A stretch of DNA of 54,788 bases from a virus. Its lineage: Duplodnaviria > Caudoviricetes. Position numbers and translations under genes: made by a program. Location of the stretch: IMG/VR virus record IMGVR_UViG_3300037493_002677, positions 1-54,788 of that record. One strand, 5' to 3'. Below the pieces are notes generated by a model. That model ran no database searches and had not been told where the DNA came from. It worked only from the letters and a program-made list of their open reading frames with translations. This document shows positions 1 through 7,775 of this stretch, one piece after another. Positions within the stretch are counted from its first letter, which is position 1. The number at the start of each line of letters is the position of its first letter.

Positions 1-222
1 CCCTGCAAGCGCCACAAAATCCAGATAGCCTGCCTCATCCCACTTCTGGCCTGTTTCTGTGGTGGCTCGGGTGAAGGATGGGGTGAGGGAGCCGCGAGTG
101 GGGATGGCGGTGTGGGTGAGGGGTAGTGCGATAGGCGCGCCATCCAGCAGTGCCGATCTACCCCCACTACCGGAGTTGTTGCTCAAAAGCTGAGCGAGTA
201 TTTTGCGCTTACGCGGAAACAC
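1..222 (-). CDS. Partial virion structural protein (head/tail fibre-like), 3' end runs off the window
   Basis: Read by hand: GTG at 222 after AAGGGG; open to base 1 (MFPRKRK...SFTRATTETG...). The FTRA(S/T) motif is typical of phage fibre proteins. Follows the capsid genes. Confidence 0.55.
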   Translation of the reverse strand, partial: MFPRKRKILAQLLSNNSGSGGRSALLDGAPIALPLTHTAIPTRGSLTPSFTRATTETGQKWDEAGYLDFVALAG

Positions 223-232
223 GTTGCGCCCC

Positions 233-649
233 TTACGCCAAAATTATTTCAAGGGTGATGTCGTAGGTCGCGCCGGAAGCAGCGCCAACCGAAGTCAGGA
301 GAATGTCCCCGATAGCGCCGGTCACCGCGTCCACAGAGGTGTTGGGATCTTTCAACCCGCCGTAGGTTTCGTAGTTCTCGTACCCGTTGAGGCTGAGCAG
401 GCAGATGGTGTCATCCGCCGTATGATCCCAGCTCAGTTTGATGTAGCTGAACCCCTGAATATTCCAGCGGATCGAAGCGATGTGGAGCTTCGTCGGCGCG
501 GCGTCGATACCGGGAATCAGGAGGGTGGAGCGATCCACTTTGACCACAGCGGACTCCCCGGTGCCGTCAGAGATTCCAGTCAGGTGTACAATCGCTCGCT
601 TGGTGCGAACGCCGCTCATCATCGTGTTGCTGGTTACGGTATCAGCCAT
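233..649 (-). CDS. Hypothetical virion structural protein
   Basis: 138 aa ORF with AAGGAG RBS, beta-rich, in the head gene cluster. Confidence 0.65.
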   Translation of the reverse strand: MADTVTSNTMMSGVRTKRAIVHLTGISDGTGESAVVKVDRSTLLIPGIDAAPTKLHIASIRWNIQGFSYIKLSWDHTADDTICLLSLNGYENYETYGGLKDPNTSVDAVTGAIGDILLTSVGAASGATYDITLEIILA

Positions 650-735
650 TTCAGTTCTCCTTCACGGTGCCGGCGAAGCCAGCCCTCATTACAAATTCAT
701 TGGGGCGGACTTAACCCGCCGCCCCGAAGGGTTTA

Positions 736-1215
736 TTACGATGGATCGGTTACGGTGATGCCGCCAGTCAACGCGGCCATACCATGCACGAACCACTGAA
801 CACCGTCACTCTCCAACTCCACGTAATCCCCGAGGGCTTCAGCGGAGGCTACAAAGTTGATTTGGTCTTCAGCACCAGCGACTATCACTGCCCCGGCCAC
901 TTCGATCGAGCCATCGATATTATCGCCTTCAGCAGAATCGATAACCCAGTTGTCGGTGGCAAAAACAGCAGCCACAACGAACCGGAAATATAAACCAGCC
1001 GAAACCGCAGGGAGGATAATCGTCTTACCCGCTGCAGCATTCAAGTACAGCGTCTTGCCGTTATCAGCAGCAGTCAACGTTAGATTGGCGGCGACCGTCT
1101 GGGCTTTACCAAGATTGCGATAAACCCCACCGACCTTTAGAGCTCCACCCCCCGTGGCCGTACCGATCTCCACATTGGAGAAGTTAGTGAATGTACTGTC
1201 TTCGTTCATTGCCAT
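736..1215 (-). CDS. Capsid decoration/minor head protein
   Basis: 159 aa, LTAADNGKTLYLN..ILPA motif typical of decoration/fibre proteins; directly after the major capsid gene; AAAGGA RBS. Confidence 0.6.
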   Translation of the reverse strand: MAMNEDSTFTNFSNVEIGTATGGGALKVGGVYRNLGKAQTVAANLTLTAADNGKTLYLNAAAGKTIILPAVSAGLYFRFVVAAVFATDNWVIDSAEGDNIDGSIEVAGAVIVAGAEDQINFVASAEALGDYVELESDGVQWFVHGMAALTGGITVTDPS

Positions 1216-1240
1216 TTTTCTTTCCTTTCTAAGTAAGTCT

Positions 1241-1264
1241 ACCGGGAGCCTTGCGACCCCCGGC
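1241..1264 (-). promoter_or_regulatory. GNRA-capped hairpin after the major capsid gene (mRNA stabiliser or partial terminator)
   Basis: Minus strand GCCGGGGGTC-GCAA-GGCTCCCGGT; no strong U tract follows. Confidence 0.5.
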
Positions 1265-1271
1265 GGAAAGT

Positions 1272-2192
1272 TTAGGTGCCCGGGGTGCCGTAGACGGTGC
1301 GCCAGTCAGTCCAACCAGAGCCGAAGCGCATGGTGGACTTGTAGCGAACGCTGTCGGTTTCGAAGTCACCTTCCATCGACTTCTCGACCTTGCGACGCCA
1401 CTTGACCTGCATACCGTTGTCTGCATCGGTCTGAACGAACCAAGCGGTGTTGGACGTCATACGCGACAGGGTCACGATGTCGCCCAGCATACCCATCGAC
1501 TTGACGGGGTTGAGGTCGTTGTTGGCAGTGCCAGCGCGCAGCACGCTCTTCAACAGGACTTCAGCCGCCAGCATGTTCGCCGGGGACACGACCAGCTTCT
1601 TCGGCGTGAGGCGGATCTTCTTGCCACGCGGGTCGGAAGCCTGACGAATCTGAACCAGAATCTGTTCCAAGGAAGTCTGCGAAAGCACCGCCGAGGTGGT
1701 CAGAAGGTTCGACGTGCCAGTCGAGTCAGCCGTAACGGCAGTGTGCGAAGCCGAGCACAGGATGATGCCATCGCCGCCGGTGTAGCCGGAGGTGAAGGCA
1801 CGGTTGAAGTGATTCGCACATACCGTTTCCAGAGCTTCAGTCATGGACTGAGCCAGATGCTTGGAGTAGGTGCTGCCGATGCGGATGTGGTCGCCGTCTT
1901 CCACGAGGACTTTGGTCAGCGCGAACGCCAGACCATAGACATCGTAGGTGTAGCGCTTGACGAAGAGCTGACCGCCGCTGTCGTATGCGACCGGGTTCGA
2001 ATCCGGGAGCAGTTGAGCGGAGGACATGCCGTACAGCATCGGCTCTTCGTGGTAGGCGCGGGCGATGCCGGTACTTTCCTGAAAGACCTGCTTGTACTCG
2101 TCGGCACGCTGGTCATAGACGCCGTCGAAGGCTTGGTTAAGAATCGGTTCAACAATGGACCTAAAGTCCGATGATCTCATGGGCGTTGCCAT
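1272..2192 (-). CDS. Major capsid protein
   Basis: 306 aa with LVEDGDH, AWFVQTD, GDFETDSVRYK and GWTDWR..YGTPG motifs of a common podovirus MCP family; position after scaffold. Confidence 0.85.
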   Translation of the reverse strand: MATPMRSSDFRSIVEPILNQAFDGVYDQRADEYKQVFQESTGIARAYHEEPMLYGMSSAQLLPDSNPVAYDSGGQLFVKRYTYDVYGLAFALTKVLVEDGDHIRIGSTYSKHLAQSMTEALETVCANHFNRAFTSGYTGGDGIILCSASHTAVTADSTGTSNLLTTSAVLSQTSLEQILVQIRQASDPRGKKIRLTPKKLVVSPANMLAAEVLLKSVLRAGTANNDLNPVKSMGMLGDIVTLSRMTSNTAWFVQTDADNGMQVKWRRKVEKSMEGDFETDSVRYKSTMRFGSGWTDWRTVYGTPGT

Positions 2193-2216
2193 TTCATATT
2201 CCTTTCAATTTATCGC

Positions 2217-2945
2217 CTAAGCGCCCTTGGAGCACTTACGTATATGTTTCTTTCCGCGCATCCCAGCTATTCGTTTAGCACGAATTTCAGGGTCAGCCCA
2301 GCTATTCAAATTGGCAGAAGTGAGTTTGCTAGAACGGGACTCCCGTGTCTCTTGGCTCATATTCTGCTGCAATAGCTTTGCGGCTGCGGAATGAATTTCA
2401 TAGCGTTCCGGGCGTTCTTCAAAGCTGCGAAGTTGCGCATTACTGCGGTCCTCCGAACTCTGTTTGGCATTGGCTACGGCTAGTCCCGCCAAATGGCGCT
2501 CCCTAGCTTCGCCACGCAACGCGAAAGTAGTCGCCTTAGATACAGCAGTCTTAAATTCAGCAGTTGAAGTGACCTGCTTCATAATTTCAGAATGCCTTTC
2601 CTTAGCCCCGTCCTTGGAGAAACGCGCTTTGCCCTTTTCAGACAAATTCTCCGAGGACGACGTTTGACCGCCTTCCCCGCCAATTGTTTGGTTACAAAGA
2701 ACAACGCCAGCTTTTCGCAGCGCATCAATTGCGGCCATTTCACGGAAGAAAGCTTCTTGCTCAGAAGCACACTCCATAATCTCCACAACTATATTCTCTT
2801 CACCATACTTCTTGACGATGTTGCCATGCCATCTATTACGCCCGCCAGCCTTAAGTGCATACGCCCTGTCCTCAGTCCCCTTCCCCACATAAAACGGGGT
2901 CAGATCTGGCTTCATGTGCACGTAAGCGTAAAAGGCGGTGGTCAC
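2217..2945 (-). CDS. Free-standing GIY-YIG homing endonuclease
   Basis: FYAYVH...FYVGKG, catalytic-type R and E (AFFRE), LCNQTIGGEG, then basic helical DNA-binding repeats; AT-richer than neighbours. Confidence 0.8.
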   Translation of the reverse strand: MTTAFYAYVHMKPDLTPFYVGKGTEDRAYALKAGGRNRWHGNIVKKYGEENIVVEIMECASEQEAFFREMAAIDALRKAGVVLCNQTIGGEGGQTSSSENLSEKGKARFSKDGAKERHSEIMKQVTSTAEFKTAVSKATTFALRGEARERHLAGLAVANAKQSSEDRSNAQLRSFEERPERYEIHSAAAKLLQQNMSQETRESRSSKLTSANLNSWADPEIRAKRIAGMRGKKHIRKCSKGA

Positions 2946-2981
2946 GTTAGTCTTCCAAGGGCACTGTCAGCAAATTAGCGA

Positions 2982-3542
2982 TTAAATCGCGTTCACTTGC
3001 GTGAAGCGCTGGTTAGCGCCAATGGCAACGCGCACGATGGTTTTAGCATCACCCCACGCATTGTCGATACCCAGTCCAACTCCCAGAATACGGAAGTTGC
3101 CGACTGCTGCCGCGCCTGTGAGGGCTGCGATGTAGCTGGCCGACTGACCAGTAACAGTGCTACCGGCGGCGTAGGTGATATTGGCCGAATCGCCAACCGC
3201 CGTCGCTGCCACAGCAATGCTAGCCTGAATCTCGAACTCGGTCATGAGGTCAGTGATGACATAGAACTCGATGTTCGTCGCGCCGGAAGTGCTGCCGGGC
3301 CAGTAAGGTGAGTAGATCGGCTTGCCGGTCGAGTCGTTGTAGCGGCAACCATCGAAAACGCCGATGGAAGCATCGCCAGCACCGGACACGATGCAAACGC
3401 CGGTGGTGCCGTCCCATTTGACAAGGTCGCCCTTGTAGATGGCAGCATTCGTGGAAACCGTCGGGTAGAAGGTCTCCGTGCGGATGGTGCCGCTGGGGTG
3501 GTAAATGGCGCGAGCGCCAAAGTACGCAGCTGATGCGGTCAT
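2982..3542 (-). CDS. Capsid cement/decoration protein
   Basis: 186 aa, AIYKGDLV...GVFDGC.Y.D..GKP motif typical of the gene just upstream of the MCP in this phage type. Confidence 0.7.
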   Translation of the reverse strand: MTASAAYFGARAIYHPSGTIRTETFYPTVSTNAAIYKGDLVKWDGTTGVCIVSGAGDASIGVFDGCRYNDSTGKPIYSPYWPGSTSGATNIEFYVITDLMTEFEIQASIAVAATAVGDSANITYAAGSTVTGQSASYIAALTGAAAVGNFRILGVGLGIDNAWGDAKTIVRVAIGANQRFTQVNAI

Positions 3543-3552
3543 GATTTATCCT

Positions 3553-4113
3553 TTATGCGAAGTGGGAGGGCGGACGAACCGTACGCCCCATGTTGTTGAA
3601 TTCCCCTTCGACGCTGCCAAGTGCCCGTCCGCCGCTGTCGTGTTCTTGAGTTCCCATCACCCGCTCGCGAATCGACGCCTCTTGTTCCAGCGGCATATCG
3701 TAGTGGTAAATGGTCATGAGGTCGTTGTACGTGGTCTCATCAATCTTGAACAACAGCATTTCGTTACAGGCAATGCATCCATCGAACTCGCCGCCTTGCG
3801 CCATGAACTGGACGCCAAATCCCGGCATTTCCGACGCCTTGACCGGCTGATACCCACGTTGAACCCGTTTGTAGATTGGGTCCATCGCATTGGTAGTACT
3901 CAGCCAGCAACAATGGAAGCCGGGGATGTTGGGTGGGGTGGGGAGGATTTCTTGGACCCAGTCTTTGCGAAGCGCACGACGCCGCTCCTCTGCTGTCAGG
4001 GTTGTTCCATCGGTTTGTACGCGATCAAAATCCGCGCTATCACGGGAGCCGCGAACATCGTTCCCAGCTGATTTCTTCAGGCGATCGTCGCCGAAATTGT
4101 CTTTGGTAGCCAT
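3553..4113 (-). CDS. Conserved head-module hypothetical protein
   Basis: 186 aa, LPTPP.IPGFH.CWLS...GY.PV...MLLFKI; between scaffold and capsid. Confidence 0.65.
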   Translation of the reverse strand: MATKDNFGDDRLKKSAGNDVRGSRDSADFDRVQTDGTTLTAEERRRALRKDWVQEILPTPPNIPGFHCCWLSTTNAMDPIYKRVQRGYQPVKASEMPGFGVQFMAQGGEFDGCIACNEMLLFKIDETTYNDLMTIYHYDMPLEQEASIRERVMGTQEHDSGGRALGSVEGEFNNMGRTVRPPSHFA

Positions 4114-4125
4114 ATTCGTTGCTCC

Positions 4126-5088
4126 TTATCTGTTATCCGCCGCAGCGGACTTGTCGTACTCTTGATAGCGGCGAATTGCTTCGGCGCGCTTCTTTGGGTC
4201 TTCGTAGATTCCGGCTTCCTTAAGCGCTTGAACGCGCTCGGCCGAAAGGCGGTAGGCAGTTTTCGTACCCGCGCCGGAGTCCTGATTCGAGCCGCCGACT
4301 GGAACGCGCGGTCTTGAACTGGAACTTGATTGAGGTTTATTATAGCCAGATTCAGCGCGGTGGGGCAAATATTTTTTAACCCGTGCGTCCAATTCCTCCC
4401 AGTACTCAGAGGTCGTAGGGTTCCAGCCCTCTTTGACCAGCCGGTCGTCCAGCTTCAGAACGATGTCGCTGTCCATATCCTGACCGGAAGGGTCATACCA
4501 GTTGTTGCGTTCCATCCAGCTGTCAGCGTGCTGTTTGAGGCGCGGGTCGAGAGGCGCGGGCTTGGTGGCTTGTTGCCCCATCTGCTTCTTGGTGCTCTGG
4601 AGCATTTGATACCGCTGCTGGGCGGCGAACATCTTCTCCTGAGCGTCCACGGCGGCCGCGCCATTGGCCTGTTCGATAGCCTGTTGATTGACGTTCTTGA
4701 AGTGGTTGTAGTACTGCTCGGCTTCCTTGATGGCCGCATCAACCTGCGAAATCTGCGCACCGACGGAACGCTGCTCGACGCTGGCCACACGAGAGGACAG
4801 GTCGTTGATCAGCGAGTCGCGGGAAGCCAGTTCGCGCTTCAAGGATTCGATGTAGCTCTTGCGCGATTCCTTGTTGTGGGCTCGGCGTTCGCGGTTGCGC
4901 TGGCGACGAGCTTCGGCGTCCTCTGCGGACTCCTCGGCGTGACCGGCTTCGTCTTCGTGGGCTTCGTCGGAGGTGGCGAGCTTCTCGTCAGCCTCGGGTT
5001 CTTCCTTTTCGGGGGGATCGCCAATGACCAAGGAGCCGTCCTTGTCCTCAGTCATCCTCAGTTCTTCGTCCTTCTTTTCTTCGGTCAT
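4126..5088 (-). CDS. Capsid scaffolding protein
   Basis: Acidic N-terminus, coiled coil, W.ERN.WY..D, basic C-terminal helix; start moved to ATG 5088 after AAAGGA. Confidence 0.7.
   Translation of the reverse strand: MTEEKKDEELRMTEDKDGSLVIGDPPEKEEPEADEKLATSDEAHEDEAGHAEESAEDAEARRQRNRERRAHNKESRKSYIESLKRELASRDSLINDLSSRVASVEQRSVGAQISQVDAAIKEAEQYYNHFKNVNQQAIEQANGAAAVDAQEKMFAAQQRYQMLQSTKKQMGQQATKPAPLDPRLKQHADSWMERNNWYDPSGQDMDSDIVLKLDDRLVKEGWNPTTSEYWEELDARVKKYLPHRAESGYNKPQSSSSSRPRVPVGGSNQDSGAGTKTAYRLSAERVQALKEAGIYEDPKKRAEAIRRYQEYDKSAAADNR
4339..4368 (-). promoter_or_regulatory. Possible internal sigma70 promoter for the capsid genes
   Basis: Minus strand TTGCCC-18 bp-TATAAT with an A-rich upstream tract, inside the scaffold gene. 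Confidence 0.35.
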
Positions 5089-5101
5089 GATCTGTTTCCT
5101 T

Positions 5102-5509
5102 TCACAGAAGAGTGTCAAATTGCTCGAAATTCGACTCAACCACTATCTTCAGGTTGAAGTCCTCAAAAATAGCGAAGATTGCTTTGTCTTCCGTACCGGG
5201 AATCGGCACCTCAAAGCGAAATCCGCTCCAACGCGGAACTACGACGACATCCCCAACGGTTGCCCAAGCGCCCTCTTTCCAGAATTCACCGGAGTTGCGA
5301 TCACGGTAGGCGATCTGCCCGAGGGACACCACCATGGCAAGCTGGGTGTTGCCGTTGTTGAAGTCTTTGGTGTCGTTGACCAGCACAATACCGCCCTTGG
5401 ACGCCGACTTCATCGTACGGAATTGCACCAACACCTGATTACCGCAAGGGCGGCAACCGGGGTTCACTACGGGGAAATGCTCTGCTACGTATTCGTCTTT
5501 GGTTTTCAC
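5102..5509 (-). CDS. GroES-like co-chaperonin
   Basis: PCGNQVLVQ...SKGGIVL...VVSLG...W..VGD.V motifs of Cpn10. Confidence 0.8.
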   Translation of the reverse strand: MKTKDEYVAEHFPVVNPGCRPCGNQVLVQFRTMKSASKGGIVLVNDTKDFNNGNTQLAMVVSLGQIAYRDRNSGEFWKEGAWATVGDVVVVPRWSGFRFEVPIPGTEDKAIFAIFEDFNLKIVVESNFEQFDTLL

Positions 5510-5706
5510 GAACGTTTTTCCTTTTCAAGATTGTCGCGCAAAATGTCTTCCAGAATATCCAGCGCGAATTGGATACCCTGATACCTGCCACACTGCACCC
5601 CATGCTCGAACGGGTCGGACTTGGGGAACTTCATGGAATCTGCGGCGGTTTGTGCTAAAGCCTCTTTGGCTTCGCCAGTGAACCGCGCTAGTAATCGGTC
5701 GGTCAT
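5506..5706 (-). CDS. Hypothetical protein
   Basis: 66 aa, G.YQG motif commonly seen just upstream of phage groES; overlapping start/stop. Confidence 0.6.
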   Translation of the reverse strand: MTDRLLARFTGEAKEALAQTAADSMKFPKSDPFEHGVQCGRYQGIQFALDILEDILRDNLEKEKRS

Positions 5707-5999
5707 TCGACGACCACAATCTCATCTACCGGAGCGGCAACTTCCTCGACTGCAGCAGCCTCCTCCTCGATGGGGGCGAAATCGTCCATAAGAGTCGGGG
5801 TAACGACGACCACTTCCACCGGGGCAACTTCCTCGACTGCAGCGGCGTCCAACTCCACGCCGTCGGCATCAAGCAGTTGAACGTCGCGGCGTCCGTTGAA
5901 CACGGATGCACGGAAGCTGGCTGGGTCGCTGCCCTCTCCGTCGCCGGTACGGAAATGGTGAAGGGTGTCGGAGTCCGAGTACTTGACAAAGATGTCCAT
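5703..5999 (-). CDS. Acidic hypothetical protein with an internal AAAVEEVA repeat
   Basis: 98 aa ORF coupled by TAATG/ATGA overlaps. Confidence 0.55.
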   Translation of the reverse strand: MDIFVKYSDSDTLHHFRTGDGEGSDPASFRASVFNGRRDVQLLDADGVELDAAAVEEVAPVEVVVVTPTLMDDFAPIEEEAAAVEEVAAPVDEIVVVE

Positions 6000-6154
6000 T
6001 ATTTCTTACCCTTCTCTTTCTTCTCTTCCTGTTTGATCATCTTCTTGATGAGCTTCTTGTCTTGGGCTTCATCGGTGTGCACAGCGCCGCCCTTCTTGAA
6101 TGCCTTCAAACCAGGTTGGCTCTGACCTTGAACTACTTTTGCGAGGCGTCCCAT
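5999..6154 (-). CDS. Small basic protein with FKKGG motif (not in the ORF track)
   Basis: Read by hand: MGRLAKVVQGQSQPGLKAFKKGGAVHTDEAQDKKLIKKMIKQEEKKEKGKK; AAGGAG RBS; TAATG coupling to the next gene. Confidence 0.65.
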   Translation of the reverse strand: MGRLAKVVQGQSQPGLKAFKKGGAVHTDEAQDKKLIKKMIKQEEKKEKGKK

Positions 6155-6255
6155 TTTGCTTCTCCTTCGGTTGGTTGTTTAGGAAACAAAGGTGGAGCCT
6201 TGCGTCTTGCTTTGGCGCGCTCCTTGCGCCGTTTCTTGTCTTTGCTGGCGCTCAT
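6133..6255 (-). CDS. Small Arg/Lys-rich peptide (not in the ORF track)
   Basis: MSASKDKKRRKERAKARRKAPPLFPKQPTEGEAKWDASQK; ATGA overlap with the upstream gene. Confidence 0.4.
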   Translation of the reverse strand: MSASKDKKRRKERAKARRKAPPLFPKQPTEGEAKWDASQK

Positions 6256-6761
6256 TTGATTGGCGTCGCTTGGGCTAGCAAGTTAGACTTGGCGATACTA
6301 CCGCTGGTCGTGCCAAACCAGTACGATACACAACCTGTCCACGCTGTGCCGAGGGAGCCGAGCATGATGAGCAAGGGTGGGGAATTCACCACTGTGTCGT
6401 CGTAAAGCATCAATCCCAAAATAGCGAAGAACCCTGTGGTGATCATGTAGGTCAGCACTGTCGGCGTAGTTGAATGGGTAGACATCTGCATCTGCCGGGC
6501 AGAGTCCCTATCCTTGAACTCCAGATCGGCGTAGCGAAACCCTCGCTCGGCTTCGTCTGCCTTGTACTTCATCTCCAGTTCCTTGATCCCCGACAGTTGC
6601 TCCGGGGTCAGCTTACCGTCCTGAAAGACCTTCGACACCGTAGCGACTGTGGCATTGTCGATGTTGAACAGGCTACCAAGGGCAGTGACCGCAACCCCAC
6701 CGAGGGGTCCGAGCAAAGCACTGGCTAACGTTGGTGCTAGCGTCCGCAACAGTTCATTCAT
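6252..6761 (-). CDS. Holin-like membrane protein (3TM/GTA-holin type)
   Basis: APTLASALLGPLGG N-terminus, DRDSAR motif, two C-terminal TM segments, YWFGT; near the endolysin. Confidence 0.65.
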   Translation of the reverse strand: MNELLRTLAPTLASALLGPLGGVAVTALGSLFNIDNATVATVSKVFQDGKLTPEQLSGIKELEMKYKADEAERGFRYADLEFKDRDSARQMQMSTHSTTPTVLTYMITTGFFAILGLMLYDDTVVNSPPLLIMLGSLGTAWTGCVSYWFGTTSGSIAKSNLLAQATPIK

Positions 6762-6964
6762 TCATGCTCTCCCAGATCAGCAGGACTATCAAAATCAGTG
6801 GAATCCCGATCACGAAGAAGATCGTCAGGTCGAGCAAGAAGCCGAAGTCGCTGTTTAACGCGCCATGCCTTAATGAATTCATGCGAGTCTCGGGTTTGTG
6901 AGGGGAAAGGCGCATCGGGCCGCAACATCAGGTTCAGGATGCGGTGGGATAGGAGGGTGGTCAC
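6758..6964 (-). CDS. Hypothetical protein
   Basis: GTG at 6964 overlaps the endolysin stop; ATGA overlap at the 3' end. Confidence 0.35.
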   Translation of the reverse strand: MTTLLSHRILNLMLRPDAPFPSQTRDSHEFIKAWRVKQRLRLLARPDDLLRDRDSTDFDSPADLGEHE

Positions 6965-7374
6965 GGGTGAAACACCCTTCTCTTTGAACCGGGAGCCTTC
7001 GTACTCCAGTGGCTCCATCCGGGGGTATCGTCAGGATGTTCCAGATAAATACCGCACCACTCCAACCTACGGAGGTTCGCCATGCACCATGCGTCTATCG
7101 CACCTTCAGGGTCATAGCGGTCGAGGGCCATGCCTTCCTTGTGGGCCGACTTCTTGGCCCCGACTGTGCAGGACTGTGGCCTGAACCCGCCGAACTGTAC
7201 CCCGCTCAGCGGGGTTCCTGTGACTGGGTTCAATGGAAACTCGACACCATCTTGTCGGGCGAACACCTCAAGGTCTGAGCAGGCGTCCAGCAACTTCTCG
7301 GCGTTATCGACCCGCTCGGGAGTGGCGTCAGGATGACCCAACCACCTCCCCATGTAGTCGCTGAAGGTTATCAC
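6961..7374 (-). CDS. Endolysin, peptidase M15-like
   Basis: GGFRP...SAHKEGMALD...WSHW Zn-peptidase motif (SxH-x6-D ... H); GTG start overlaps the upstream stop. Confidence 0.8.
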   Translation of the reverse strand: MITFSDYMGRWLGHPDATPERVDNAEKLLDACSDLEVFARQDGVEFPLNPVTGTPLSGVQFGGFRPQSCTVGAKKSAHKEGMALDRYDPEGAIDAWCMANLRRLEWCGIYLEHPDDTPGWSHWSTKAPGSKRRVFHP

Positions 7375-7721
7375 TTGCTCGGCCCATGCAAAAATGCGAC
7401 CCACACCGTGTAAGCCAGCCAACCAACCACTCCGATCAGACCATACTTGCTGACCTCAAACAACATCTTCTTCCAGAACTCGGCTCGGGCAGCAACCATT
7501 GCCATCTCGTCTTCGTGATATTTGCGATGCCCTTCTGGATCACCGGAAGGGAAGGCATTCTTCGACAGGTCTTTGAGCAACTCTGCCCACTCAGCAGGTT
7601 CAGTCTCAATGTGTGCTGTGAGAGTCTCACCCATAGACTTCTGGGCAGCCTTCACATACTGTACGTCCGTATGTATGGTGTTGAGCAAGGTAAGTATGAT
7701 GTCTGGAGCAGATGATGACAT
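7371..7721 (-). CDS. Membrane protein, putative holin/lysis accessory
   Basis: AFP.GDPEGHR.YHE motif plus a C-terminal TM helix; directly upstream of the endolysin. Confidence 0.55.
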   Translation of the reverse strand: MSSSAPDIILTLLNTIHTDVQYVKAAQKSMGETLTAHIETEPAEWAELLKDLSKNAFPSGDPEGHRKYHEDEMAMVAARAEFWKKMLFEVSKYGLIGVVGWLAYTVWVAFLHGPSK

Positions 7722-7775
7722 TTTGATTCTTCCTTTCCGCTCTATGTTGAGCAGATGCGTTGTGCTATGAAACCT

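Noticed and set aside
1251-2174. Long antisense ORFs (for example 1251-2174, 4330-5157, 45581-46615)
   Set aside because: Shadow frames of GC-rich genes on the opposite strand, with no RBS or recognisable motifs.
2193-2981. Group I intron around the GIY-YIG gene
   Set aside because: Both flanking genes have their own start, stop and RBS, and the flanks are too short (under 40 nt) for an intron core.
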